Assembly: GCA_001724265.1 (NCBI GenBank)
Contig: MEDY01000339.1
Location: 1 to 35,101 of the forward strand
Direction of reading: 5' to 3'
DNA: 35,101 nucleotides
DNA from: Rhizaria sp. SCN 62-66
Lineage: Eukaryota
Positions 1-11,000 of the stretch are shown here, in pieces; the stretch's first letter is position 1, and each line of letters opens with the position of its first letter. The position numbers were made by a program, and so were the translations under genes. The notes under the pieces were generated by a model. It ran no database searches. It was given only the letters and a program-made list of their open reading frames with translations, and was not told the origin of the DNA.

Positions 1-1247
1 CGCTGGCGCCCTCGCCCGCCGCGGTCGCCGCGCGCACCGCGCTTCACGGCACCCCTCTCGGCGCGCACTGCGGGTCCGCGCTCTCGTCCGCCAGCACGGC
101 CGCCGGCTCCGTCGCTGCGGCGGCCGCGCTGCAGACGCTGCCGGCTCTGCTGGACGCAGTCGCGCTCGCGCTCGCGGGCCGCGGCGGCGCCGCTGCCGCT
201 GCGGGGGATGACGTGGCGGCTGCGATCGCCGCCGCGGCCGAGGCGGACGCTGCCGTCGCCGCGGGGCTTGCGCCTGCCTTCGCCGGCGCCTGCGTCGGTA
301 TCGGCGGAGGCGGGGTCGCGGCGCTGCTGCGCGCGTACACCGCCGCCGCCGCGGCCGCGCTGGCCGCCGGCGCAGCCACCGCGTACGCCGGCCCTCGCGC
401 CGCAGCAGTGAGCGCCAGCGCAGTGGACGCCGGCGACAGCGCGAGCGCTGAGACGCCGCTGGTGGTGCTGCTGCGCGAGCTGCTGCGCGCTGCGGTCGTG
501 CACACGGGGTCCGCCGCGGCGGTGCCGGCGCTGGAGCTGCGCGCGCTGCTGCTGCGGGCGCGCGCCGAGGCTCTGCCGGCGACGCGTGCGCTGCTCACGG
601 TCGCCGAGTGCGCGATGACCGACACGAACAACAACAGTGTTGACGGCGACGACTATGATGATGATGACGACTGCAAGCTCGACCCGCTCTTTGCGCCTCG
701 CCACATCACCGCTGCGTCTACAATCACTGTCGCCGTCGCCCCCGCGCTGTCGTCGCTGCTTGCCGATGCGCTGAGCATCGCCGCCGACGCCGCGTTTGCC
801 GTCTCTGCTTCCACGGCCGCGAAGCAAAACGCCTCTGCTGTTGGCGGCTACACCGCGGCCGGGCTCTGGCTCAGCGCCACTGCCCCCACGGCGCTCCCGG
901 CCGCCGTAACCGCCGCCGCCACTGCACTCGGCCTCTCTCCGACTACGTTTGGCACTGCGACTGCGGGGGCCGCGGCGAGCGTGCCCGTGGGCGCGTGCGA
1001 CGTGGCCGCGGCCGAGGGCGTGCGGCGTGACGCGCTGTACACGGTGGCGCGGCTGGCCCACGAGATTGCCGCCGCCGCGACCGCGGCCGCGCGGCAACAC
1101 CAACACCGCGCTGCCGTGGTAGAGGTCGTGTGCCTCGGTAGGCCCGTCGCGGAGGTGCTGCGGCTCAGGGACGCGGCTGCCGCGGCAGTTGTGGCGGCCG
1201 ACAGCTTGGACGCGGAGGCTGCGGCAGTTGCAGAGGTTATGTGCTGA
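1..1247 (+). CDS. 3' part of an Ala/Leu-rich protein of unknown function (5'-truncated by window edge)
   Basis: The frame of ORF 213..1247 stays open back to base 3 and shows coding-like GC3 bias. It ends at TGA 1245-1247, where the sequence abruptly turns AT-rich. No recognisable domain. Confidence 0.7.
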   Translation, partial: LAPSPAAVAARTALHGTPLGAHCGSALSSASTAAGSVAAAAALQTLPALLDAVALALAGRGGAAAAAGDDVAAAIAAAAEADAAVAAGLAPAFAGACVGIGGGGVAALLRAYTAAAAAALAAGAATAYAGPRAAAVSASAVDAGDSASAETPLVVLLRELLRAAVVHTGSAAAVPALELRALLLRARAEALPATRALLTVAECAMTDTNNNSVDGDDYDDDDDCKLDPLFAPRHITAASTITVAVAPALSSLLADALSIAADAAFAVSASTAAKQNASAVGGYTAAGLWLSATAPTALPAAVTAAATALGLSPTTFGTATAGAAASVPVGACDVAAAEGVRRDALYTVARLAHEIAAAATAAARQHQHRAAVVEVVCLGRPVAEVLRLRDAAAAAVVAADSLDAEAAAVAEVMC

Positions 1248-1607
1248 GGGACTAACATTGACATATCGTACAGAATGTGTTGTCGCAAGCGGTGTATGTA
1301 AAGATTGGTTTTGCCACTGTACGTTTAGATAGAATATAATTACGTTTGTGTATTTCATACAAGAATACAACAATAGAACTAGGTATCATTACGTTCTTGG
1401 TCATCGCCAGATTGTAACACTCTTAAATAAAATCGACATGCAATGAGAAGTGCGTGTCCATTGTGTCCAACATCACTTTGCTTTTCGCGCAGTCAGTGCC
1501 TTGTTCGCGAGTAAAGTCAGCGGAGCAGTCTCATTCCATTGACATGCGTTAAAAACACGCGCTGACATTGCGTGGTGTCGCTTCAGCGCACCACATTTTC
1601 CAGGTGT

Positions 1608-4604
1608 TTACTGTTGCGCCCTAATCGCAGCGTGCAGGGTCTCTGCAATCACGCGCTGAATCCCCTCGGCGACAGCTGCGGCAACGCGCTCGCTGCGCAT
1701 GACGCTCTCGATGCCAGCGCACGCCGCGTCAACGGCCGCCGCGCTCGGCGGCGCACCTTTTGCCGCCACGACCGCTGTTGATACCGACGATGCTGTCGCG
1801 GCTGCTGCTGCCGGCTCTGCTGCTGCTGCTGCGGCGGCGGCGACCGTGCCCTGGCGGAGCGCCTCCTTGACTTCGGCGATGAGATGCGCGTGGTGCACGA
1901 CCTCCTCGCTGGCCGCGGTGCCAGTCTCTTCGTCGGTCATGGCCACGGCCATCGCGCGGCCCGCCTCGGCGCCCAGACGGCCCGTGACCCAGGCCACGCA
2001 GCGCATCAGCAGCAGCGTCTCCGAGTCCGTCAGCGCCGCCGCAGCGGCAACGGAAGCGGCGGCAGGAGCAGTGACAGCTGCAGCTGCGGCGGAGCGGGCG
2101 GGCGCAGCAGGAGCAGCGGCAATCGTGATGTCAGATGCTGGGCGAGCGGGCACACCGGCGGGAGCAGGAGCAGAAGCAGGAGCTACGGCAGCGGGGCGGG
2201 CGGGTGCGGCGGCCTGAGCAGCGACAACTGGGCGGACAGGCGCAGTGGCGGCAGCAGCAGCAGCAGCAGCGGCGGCGGCGGCAGCCGCGATGACAGCAGG
2301 GTGATCGCCCGGGCGGGCAGCTGCACGAGAGGCAAGTGAGGGAGCGGCAGCGGGAGCAGCGGCAGCAGCGGCCACGGGAGCAGGCGCAGCAACGACGACG
2401 GGGACAGCAGCGGCCGGAACGCCAGCGCGGGGCCTGGACGTCGGCGCTTCAGCTTGGGCCGCCGCCGCCGCCGCAGCAGCAGCAGCAACAGCAGCAGCCA
2501 CAATAGCTGCTGAAGAAGCTTCTGCTGAAGTGCGCACCGGCGCGTGCGCCTGCACATGCGCCTGCGCCTGCGCCTGTGCTTGTGTCTGGACGTGCGAGGC
2601 CATATTCACAGCGTTCGCGGCCGCCAGAATGCTTTTGGCCTCAAGTGCCCTGGCCTCCGCGGCCGCTGCAGCGATGGCGCTGGCGGCCTCGGCGCGGCCG
2701 CCATCGGCGCCGTATCCCCCGCCGAAGCGCCCCGCGTCGCGGTGCGCCATCGCAGCCGCGCCGAACGCGCCCTCGTACTGGTCGTCCTCACTGTCGCTCG
2801 CAAAGCTGCCGTTCTCGTCGTCGTCGTCGCTGTTGCCGGCGTGAGCCTTGCCATTCTTGGAGCGTTTCTGCCCGGAGGCAGCCTTGAGAGCGTTCTTTGC
2901 GATCGTCTTCTCAAGCCTAACCATCAGCTTGGTCACATCAGCACGGTGCCGGTCCGCAGCGACCATGTCGATGATCGCGTCAAACCGCGCGGTGGACTCC
3001 TCCTTGCTAAAGCGGCCGCGACTGCCCAAAGGCAGCTCCGCGAGCGCGCTCAGCATGCGGACCATGTTGGCGCGCTGGATGTTGTCCAGCAGGCGGTGGG
3101 TGTGGATGAAGCGGATGCGAGCCGCGCGCGCCGCGGCAGAGTCCGGCACCGGCAGCGGCACTCCCGGAGGCACAGTGGGCTGGAACGAGGGCTGGAATGA
3201 GGGCAGGGACGCAGACTGGGCTGAGGCCTGAGTTGCTGTTTGTGACGATGTAGAGTGGGTTGCAGCTTGGGATGCGGCCTGGGCTGCAAAGGGCTGTGCC
3301 ACGGGCTTGGGGACCGGATGCTGTTGCACAGCAGATTGCTGCGCCCACGCAGGGCCGGCCGCCGCCTCATGGACAGGCTGCTTGCGCGGACGCCCCCGGC
3401 CCCGCTTGACGGGCACCTCCGACGGGGCGGGGGGCGCTGGCGGCACGGTTCCGCCGCGCACCGAGTGGTCGACCTGGCCCGCGGCGGCCTGCGCGGCGGC
3501 GAGTAGCACGCCCTTGTCTGAGACGGTGGCCACGCGCATGTTGCCGTCCGCAGGCCGATGCTTTTTGTGGGTTGCCTGGGGCGCAAACTTGTAGCGGTAC
3601 TCGCCGCTACTGGTATCGCTGCCGTCCTCGTCGCCGTCCATGTCGCTGCCACGCTCTTTGTACGTCGACATGCGCGCGTACTTGTGACGGAAGTCGCCGC
3701 TCCCACTCCCGCCGTCGCTGCCAACGTCGCTGTCGCTCGCGCTGTCGGACTGGGAGTACCCCCGGTCGTCGGCAAGGGCGGCCGCGGGGCGCTTGTCGCG
3801 CAAAGACGACGGGGGCGCGCGGGCAGCCGCCGGGGCCGGCGCTGTAAACTGGACAGCAACGGAACCCTGATTGGCGCTGCTCGCGCTGCTGGCTGCGCCT
3901 TGGGAGGCGATACTGCTGTTGCCGTTGCTGCTGCTGTTGCTGTTGGTGACGTCAACGAAATCGTCGTTTTCGTCCTCGTCCTCGTCCTCATCGAAGTCAC
4001 TTCCGCTGTCCCGCCGTCCGCGCGCGTTGGCTCCCGCCAGGGCCGCGGCAGCCGTCGCCGCGCCGTCCGCGAGGTACTGCTGCACTCCAGCGTCGGCGAA
4101 GGCGGACTTGTTCTGGCGGTACAGGGCCGAGCGCTTGTTTTGCGTCTCCTTGGCGACTAGACACGACTCGTAGTACTGTCGGCCGCAGAGCTTGGGACCG
4201 AAGACGGCGGCGGAGAGGCGCTCGACGCTCCACTCTGTGTACGGCAGCGATGGGTCGCAGATGAGCTCCGAGTTCCACTGCGCGCGGTGCACAGGCCCGA
4301 AGGCGTCGGGCGCGGCGAATGCTGACAGGTTCTCGAACAAATACTTGGCGCCCAGGTACCGGAGGGAGTTGACGCGGCTGCGCGCCTCGCTAAGGGTAAT
4401 CTCAAGGCCAAGCTGGACGAGACCGGCGTGCGCGACGCGGATCGAGCCCGGCTCGATGCGACCGGCGTCGAGATTGACGAAAGGGAGGAGGAAGGCGAGG
4501 AAGATGCGGGTGAGGGCCTGGCCGTGGTCAGAGACCCAGTCAACGCGACTGGGGCGACCTCGGGAAACGGGCGCTGATGTTGTCGGGGACACCTCGTCTG
4601 TCAT
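1608..4604 (-). CDS. Intronless AT-hook protein (~998 aa), putative DNA/chromatin-binding, with possible Myb/SANT-like N-terminal domain
   Basis: Long ORF; first ATG at 4604 (MTDEVSP), stop TAA 1608-1610. Canonical AT-hook KRGRGRPRK at 3381-3407, acidic tracts and an Ala-rich C-terminus. The N-terminal WVSDHGQAL...GLEITLSEARSRVNSLR only loosely resembles SANT/trihelix-like domains. Confidence 0.75.
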   Translation of the reverse strand: MTDEVSPTTSAPVSRGRPSRVDWVSDHGQALTRIFLAFLLPFVNLDAGRIEPGSIRVAHAGLVQLGLEITLSEARSRVNSLRYLGAKYLFENLSAFAAPDAFGPVHRAQWNSELICDPSLPYTEWSVERLSAAVFGPKLCGRQYYESCLVAKETQNKRSALYRQNKSAFADAGVQQYLADGAATAAAALAGANARGRRDSGSDFDEDEDEDENDDFVDVTNSNSSSNGNSSIASQGAASSASSANQGSVAVQFTAPAPAAARAPPSSLRDKRPAAALADDRGYSQSDSASDSDVGSDGGSGSGDFRHKYARMSTYKERGSDMDGDEDGSDTSSGEYRYKFAPQATHKKHRPADGNMRVATVSDKGVLLAAAQAAAGQVDHSVRGGTVPPAPPAPSEVPVKRGRGRPRKQPVHEAAAGPAWAQQSAVQQHPVPKPVAQPFAAQAASQAATHSTSSQTATQASAQSASLPSFQPSFQPTVPPGVPLPVPDSAAARAARIRFIHTHRLLDNIQRANMVRMLSALAELPLGSRGRFSKEESTARFDAIIDMVAADRHRADVTKLMVRLEKTIAKNALKAASGQKRSKNGKAHAGNSDDDDENGSFASDSEDDQYEGAFGAAAMAHRDAGRFGGGYGADGGRAEAASAIAAAAAEARALEAKSILAAANAVNMASHVQTQAQAQAQAHVQAHAPVRTSAEASSAAIVAAAVAAAAAAAAAAQAEAPTSRPRAGVPAAAVPVVVAAPAPVAAAAAAPAAAPSLASRAAARPGDHPAVIAAAAAAAAAAAAAATAPVRPVVAAQAAAPARPAAVAPASAPAPAGVPARPASDITIAAAPAAPARSAAAAAVTAPAAASVAAAAALTDSETLLLMRCVAWVTGRLGAEAGRAMAVAMTDEETGTAASEEVVHHAHLIAEVKEALRQGTVAAAAAAAAEPAAAAATASSVSTAVVAAKGAPPSAAAVDAACAGIESVMRSERVAAAVAEGIQRVIAETLHAAIRAQQ

Positions 4605-5005
4605 TAAGTCGAGACCTAATGGGTGTGGGGCACTGTTGTTGTTTTGGAACACCTTCACGATCGCGCGAATGTGCAAAGTGATGATGTGAAAAAAGAAGTC
4701 TGAACGTCATGTATAAAAAGAGCTGGTGAGGTTTCAATAAAAATTATTTTAAGAATACACATTAATCCTACGGAATTGACGTCTAGTATCACCGTTGACG
4801 ATTATTTACAAGATAACAAATGCCTCGGAAGTAGTGGAGAAGGCGCGAACTGTGAGGCCTGGCTTAGTTAACACCACAAATCAGTAACGCTCCTTAAATC
4901 TGGCGCAGTTTACGATATATTGCGTTGTACGGAATTTGAAAATGGTGAATGATGTATTATATGCTAGGTATTCAATAATTACTCTGTTCTTCAACTTAAA
5001 TATTC

Positions 5006-8000
5006 TTAGTTCTTCTTGTTGGCAGCCTCCGCAAGCACCTTGTGCCAGAACACGCGTGCGCGCTCGTCCTCGCCCTCCGCCCACAGCAGCCGTAGCAGGT
5101 CGTCCCGCCCGAAACTGAGCACAGCGTCCGTGCCGGTTTTGCCTCCCTGCGCGCCCGCAGGCTCTCCGCGGATCCCGCCCTTGGCGAGGCCGTGGAGCTT
5201 GGCACGAATCTCCTTCTGCCGCCGCCGCTTCACGCGCTCCAACTCCGCCTCAGACAGGGCCGCCACGCCGTGCGCCTCCTCGCCATCACCAGCGCCAAGA
5301 TCCGCGCCAGCGCCGTCCGAGGAGGCGGCCGCGCGGGCCGCATCGATGGCGTCGAGCCAGGCCTGCGGGAGGCCCACCGCAGTCTCCTTGCGCTGCCCGC
5401 GCACGCTCGCATTCGTACTCGCAGTCGGGCCGGCGCTCTGCCTAGGCTTTGCAGTGCCGCTGCCCAGCGAGACGGTGCGGCGCAAGCGCACAACGCCGAC
5501 GGGGTGCGCCTCGGTGTTGAACACAAAGCGGTCCGTCGGCACGTCGTCCACCGCCGAGTGCAGCAGATACATGTACTTAAGCGTCTCGGCAAAGAAGAAC
5601 GACTCCTGCGAGTCGGCCCAGTTGCGCGTGAGCGCCGCCGGAGAGTGCGTGCGGCCCAGGTGGCTGTACGCGGGCGGCGTGTAGCGCCCGCTGCCGTCGC
5701 TGTCAGCGCTGTTCGCGAGCGTGGTCGAGCTGGAGCCAGAACCGGAGCCGGCGCCCGCGGAGGCTGCGGACACGGCGGCGGGGGCGGTCGAGGACGCCCA
5801 GTGGCGCACGGGGGCCTGGTATAATCAGGATATGAATTGAAATAGAGTTCATGAGATATGATCAACAGATTTCATCATGCCATACCAGTCAAAGTCAAAT
5901 GATAGCAATAAAAGTGCCACAAAGATCGATAAGAGTACGTACCCCCATGACCGAGTCGAAGAGCCGGGCGCCCTGTAGGTGCGCGGCGCTGAACGCGCCC
6001 GCCGCGGCCGCCATCGCGCCCCGCAGCGTCGTGCCCACACCCACCGTCCCGTTACCGCCCATCGAGCCCGTAGCGACAGAGCTAGAGCCCACAGAGTCGG
6101 CGCCGGCGAGGGCCAGTGGCGTTAGCAGGACGTGGTCCTGCAGCGAGGCCTCGACCTGCTCCGTCGACAGGCGCGTGATCAAAACCTCGGCGCCCGGCGT
6201 CAGCACCGCGGGTCCCGCCGCGGCAGCCGACTTCGCACCGGCAGCGGCGGTGTCGAGACTGCGGCGCTTGCTGCTGCCACTCGAGCCGCTGCCGAGAGCG
6301 CTGGAGCTGGCGGTGAAGCGCGCCTTGGCGGCGAGCGGCGCGGGGACGCCGCCGGCCGCGGTGGCTGTGTTAACCGTCACGGCGGCGGCGTCGGCAGAAG
6401 CGGAGGTCGAGGTGAGCACAGTGGGACCCGCGTCAGCGTGGGCTGTGACATCTTTGACCGCGGAGTAGCCGTACCTGCAGGAACAAAGACACATGGAAGT
6501 GGACATAGTGAGAAACAGATTAATAATGATACAATGTTTCATTAAACAACAACTATTGAGTATGTTTAATTCGATATATCGACGAGTGCGCGTACCTTGT
6601 GCGGCAGTTGCCCTCGATAGCGAGGAAAATGCGCCACCCCATGTTCCTGTAACGCTCGTCGCCCGTGACGCGGTACATCAGGTACACGCTCTCGATCGTC
6701 TCGGGCCGTAGCAGGTACTTGGTTTCCTTGGCTGCGAACAGCGCAGACCAGGGTCCCGTCGGCGCAAACGCCCACGGTGACCGCGCGCGCGCCAGGTAAG
6801 TACCCCTTACCCGCGCCGCCGCGGCGGTGACCGTGGGCAGCGCGAACGCGGGGGGCGCGCGCAGCGCCGCAGCGGGCGACGCCGAGAGCCAGCGGTGACC
6901 TGAGGCCGAGATACCGGTCTGGAGCCCGGAGCCCGCGTCGGCAGACACCGGTGCAGCGCAGTACCGCGCCCTCGATCCCGCACCGGCACTGGCATTCGCA
7001 CTAGCACTGCAGCGGGGCAGCGTGCCCGAGGAGAGCGCGTGGCGGTGGAACAGGTGTAGGTTGGGCGAGTGGTGAGGGAACAGCGTTTGCGCCTCCGGCA
7101 AGGACGCGAAGCTGAAGTCCGCGCCGCCCTCGACCGGGGTGGCGCCTACAGCAGCAGCGCTGCTCGCCCCCGCGCTCTCATCATCGGCACTGTCCGCGCG
7201 CGCTGCGCCGCCGTCGGGCAAGATGGCGGCGCTCATGGCGGCGAGCCGGGCAGCGGAGGAGACGAGCGACTGCGCGCTGCCGACCGAGGTGGGCCACGGC
7301 CATTCGGACGGGTCCGAGCTGAGCCGCCGCTGCCCGCTCCGGCTCCCAGTCTGGCTCTCGGTCACCGCGCTGTAGCTCGCGCCCGCCGCGCCCGCGCTCG
7401 CACTAGCGGCGACAGAGCTGGCAAGCGCGGCGGAGGGCCCGCGGCCAAGGGCGGCGAGCAGCGGTGGCGGGAGCGTCGCGGGGAGCACCGACGGCAACAG
7501 CGACGACATCTGCGCCAGAGAGCCAGTGCGCACTGTCCCGCCACTGGTGGCGTTACCGTCGCTGTTGGCGTTGCCGCCAAGAGCGGGCGCGAGGCCGCCG
7601 CGGGGCGCGCCCTGCCAGTAATGCGCTGCGGCTGAGAGCCGCGCCTGCGCGTCGCTGGCGAGCGCCGTGTCGGGGCACCAGTAGCCCTCAATGTCGCCCG
7701 TGCCGGGCGCGCTGGCCGCAGCAGCAGGCTTGGTTGGGGCACTCTTGCCGTCCGCGGCGGTGAGGAACGAGCCCAGCGCGGCCGTCTCTGCGAGCAGGCC
7801 TGCGCCAACCACGTCCGCAACGTCGAGCAGCGTTTCCGCGTCCTCGAGCTGGCGCAGCGCCGACCACCGCGCGTATGTGGACCGCGGCAGGTGCCCGCAG
7901 AAGCGCCCGCACGCGAACTCGCCGTACTGCGCCACCGCGGACGCCGCGGAAGCCAGCGACTGCGCGGGCACTGCGGTTGCGACGGCGGGGCTAAACCGGT

Positions 8001-11000
8001 CCGTAGCCGAGGCCACACTCGCGGCGCCAGTGCTCGCAGTGACTGGAGGCAGGTACGGGTACACGGCGGGGGCGGGGGACGTGTTACGGTCGGCGCCGAG
8101 CCGGTCGTAGCGGTGCGCGCGCGTGTAGCCGGGGGCCGGGCCGCCGATGCTGTAGCTGTAGCAGTACGGCAGTGTCAGGTTGCTGTTGCCGTTGCCGTTC
8201 GCAGCTTTGACGGGCTGGCACGTGTCGTCGCCGAAGTAGGGCGCGCCGAACGGCCAGAGGCCCAGCGCGGCCGGCGACAGCGGGTGGCTGTGGGCCGCGC
8301 CGGAGCCACCGACAGGGACGGTGGCGGCGGAGGAGATGAGGGCGCGGCGCTGCATCGGGCTGAGCTCGGTCGGGATGCCACCGCGATTCGCCGCGTCGGC
8401 ACTGCTAGCGGCGGCGTAGGCATAATCCGGGTCAGAGGCGGCCTTGCTCGCGTCGATATTAAGAGTGCCCAGTTCGAGCTTAAGCCTCTTGCTCAGGTCG
8501 CTGAGCGCCACGCGCGTCTCCGAGCTGTCCCAGCCATCCCGCGGCGAATCGTGGAACACATTCCCGCGCTGCCCCCTGCCCCCGCCGCCGCCGCCGCCGC
8601 CGCCGCTGTTGGGCCCCGCGGCGCTGAGCCCCGCGCCGGCCTGCGCACGCGCCTGCGCAAAGGCCCCCGAGCGCGCCGCGCTGGTCTCGGCGCCGGAGCC
8701 GAACGCGGAGCCGGCGCCCCAGCCGTCGTCGGCGCCCGCGGGGGGCACGGCGGTGGCGGCCGAGGCGGCGGGCTCGGCGTGGCCGTAGGGGTCGAGCATC
8801 GTGATGCTCTCGGGGCCAAGCCCGGTGCCGCTGAGCGCGTAAGACAGGTAGCACATGTTGGTGACCTGGGTGGCCAGCACCATGTGGCGCGAGGCCGCGA
8901 GTCGCAGTCGCAGCAACGGGGCCGAGGGCGGCAACGCCCGCGTCAGCCGAATCCCGCTCGTCGCGTTGCCGCCGCCGCTGTGGAGAGTGATGTCTTCAGT
9001 GGTGTGGGGCGCGCCCGCGGACGTGCCGGCCCAGGCGCCAAGCGCGAGGAGACCGCCCATGAAGCACGTGAGGTGCTCCATCACGGGCGTGAAGTTGGGC
9101 GTCGACGGCGACGGCGAAGTCAAATCGCCGATGAACGCGACAGGAATGATCACGACAGCGTCGTCGTCGGCGTTGTCGGCGCCCTTGCTGTTGTGGGAGT
9201 TCGAGTTAGCGGAGCCGCTGCTCGCGCCGGGGCGTGATTCGATGACAGTCTCGCCCATGTGCGCAACGCCGATCTCCCGGGCGGTCTTGAGAGGCACCTT
9301 GATGTTGCGCACGGCAACCATCTCGCGCTCCATGGCGTCCATGGCGTCCATGTACAGGTCCAGCGCAACCGTGTCGCGACCACCGGAGAGGAGGTACAGC
9401 TTCAGCAGGTACTCGAAGTAGCTGTCCGAGAGCGAACCCATCGAGACGCGGATGCCCGACTGCGGCCGCAGCAGCGGCAGCGGCGGCGGCGCGCGGATAC
9501 GGCGCAGCACGCTGTCCAGGTCGCGACCGGCCTTGCCCGCAGTGCTCTCGGAGCTGCTGCTGCCAACCTCGAGCTGCGCGGTGCTCGTGCTACCGCTGTC
9601 AGTGTTGATATTGCTGTTGCGCGCGGCGACCTCTTCGCGCACTTTGGTCATCGCAGTGTCGACTGTGTTCTTGGCGAACGCGCGCCGCTGGTCTTTGTTC
9701 GGCACCCCGTCGCCCTGCGTCCAGTGCGCATTGCTCGCGCTCGGCAGCGCCTGCGCCTTCGAGTGCGCGCGAGGCGGCTCGATGCTGTACGGGTCGCTGT
9801 ACGCGCCCGCGACCTGCGACACTGCAACCCTAACGTGGTCCGCAGTGAGCGCCAGACCGCCACTGGCACCCGCGCTGCTGGTGGCAGCGTTCGCGGCGGC
9901 GGCGACGGCGGCGGCGGCGGAGAACTGCGACAGCTGCCGCGGAGACACCCCGAGCCCCCAGTAGCTCGTGTCGTTGCCGGTCTCGGTGATCGCAGTGGCG
10001 ACCGCGGCGACGGTGGGCGCGGCGAGAGCGAGCGCGGCCGAGGGCGAGGTGCGTGGGCCGCGCTCCTGCTGCGTGTTGGGGTCCACGTACACCGTCACCA
10101 GCCCCGCGGGCCGCAGCGCCGTCGTCGCGCTCGACACGCTGTCGGAGGATAGCAGCGCGCTGCCGCTAGCGCCGCCACTAACTGCGCTCGCGATACGGCT
10201 CAGCGCCGCGCTGCCGGTGCCGCTGCCACTAGACTTGGCGTTGGCGTTGGCGCTGGCGCTGTTGCCGTCTGAGATGGAGTCGGCTCGCGAGGCTTCGCGC
10301 ACGGCCTGCGCCCACGGGGAGAGCTGCAGGCGGGTGCCGCGCGCGAGCTCGGCCAGCGCGGATGTGACCGTGAGCAGCCGCGAGGCCGCCAGCACGCGCA
10401 TCACGTCCGCACCCGCAGGCACACCGCTCTCCGCGTTGCTCGCGTCCGTGGCGGCGGCGCCAGCTGCGGCAGCAGCAGTCGCACTGCGAGCGGCTCTGGC
10501 GGCGCGTGCGGCGCGGCGTGCGGTGATGGCGCCACCGGCGGCCGCTGGGCTAGGAACACCGAGCAGCGACGCGGCGGCCGCGTTGGCGACGTCGGAGACA
10601 GCGGTGACTGCGGTGGCAAGCGCGCCGAGCTCGGCCTCGATCGCGGGCGCGGCGTTGCTGTTGCCGCTGCTGCCGCTGTTGTAGTTGTTGCGGGAGGCGA
10701 GAGACCAGCGATGGTGGTCGATGAGCGCGGGCGTGAGCAGCGTCGCTAAATACCAATCGCTGTTGTTGCTGGCCGCTCCCGTCTTGTCGGTCATGAGCGA
10801 GAGCCAGAACTGCGGGTTCCAGTGCTGCTCGCTCTTCGCAGTCATCGCGGCAGCGCTGCTCTTGTCGGGGGCAGCGCCCGACAGCAGAGCGCGCTGCGCC
10901 AACAGCGTGCTCGCGACAGCGCCCGCCTCGCGGAGCGCGGCCGCCACGATCGAGTCGGTCTCGCTCGCAGCGGCACTGGCACTGGCGGCGTTGACACCTG

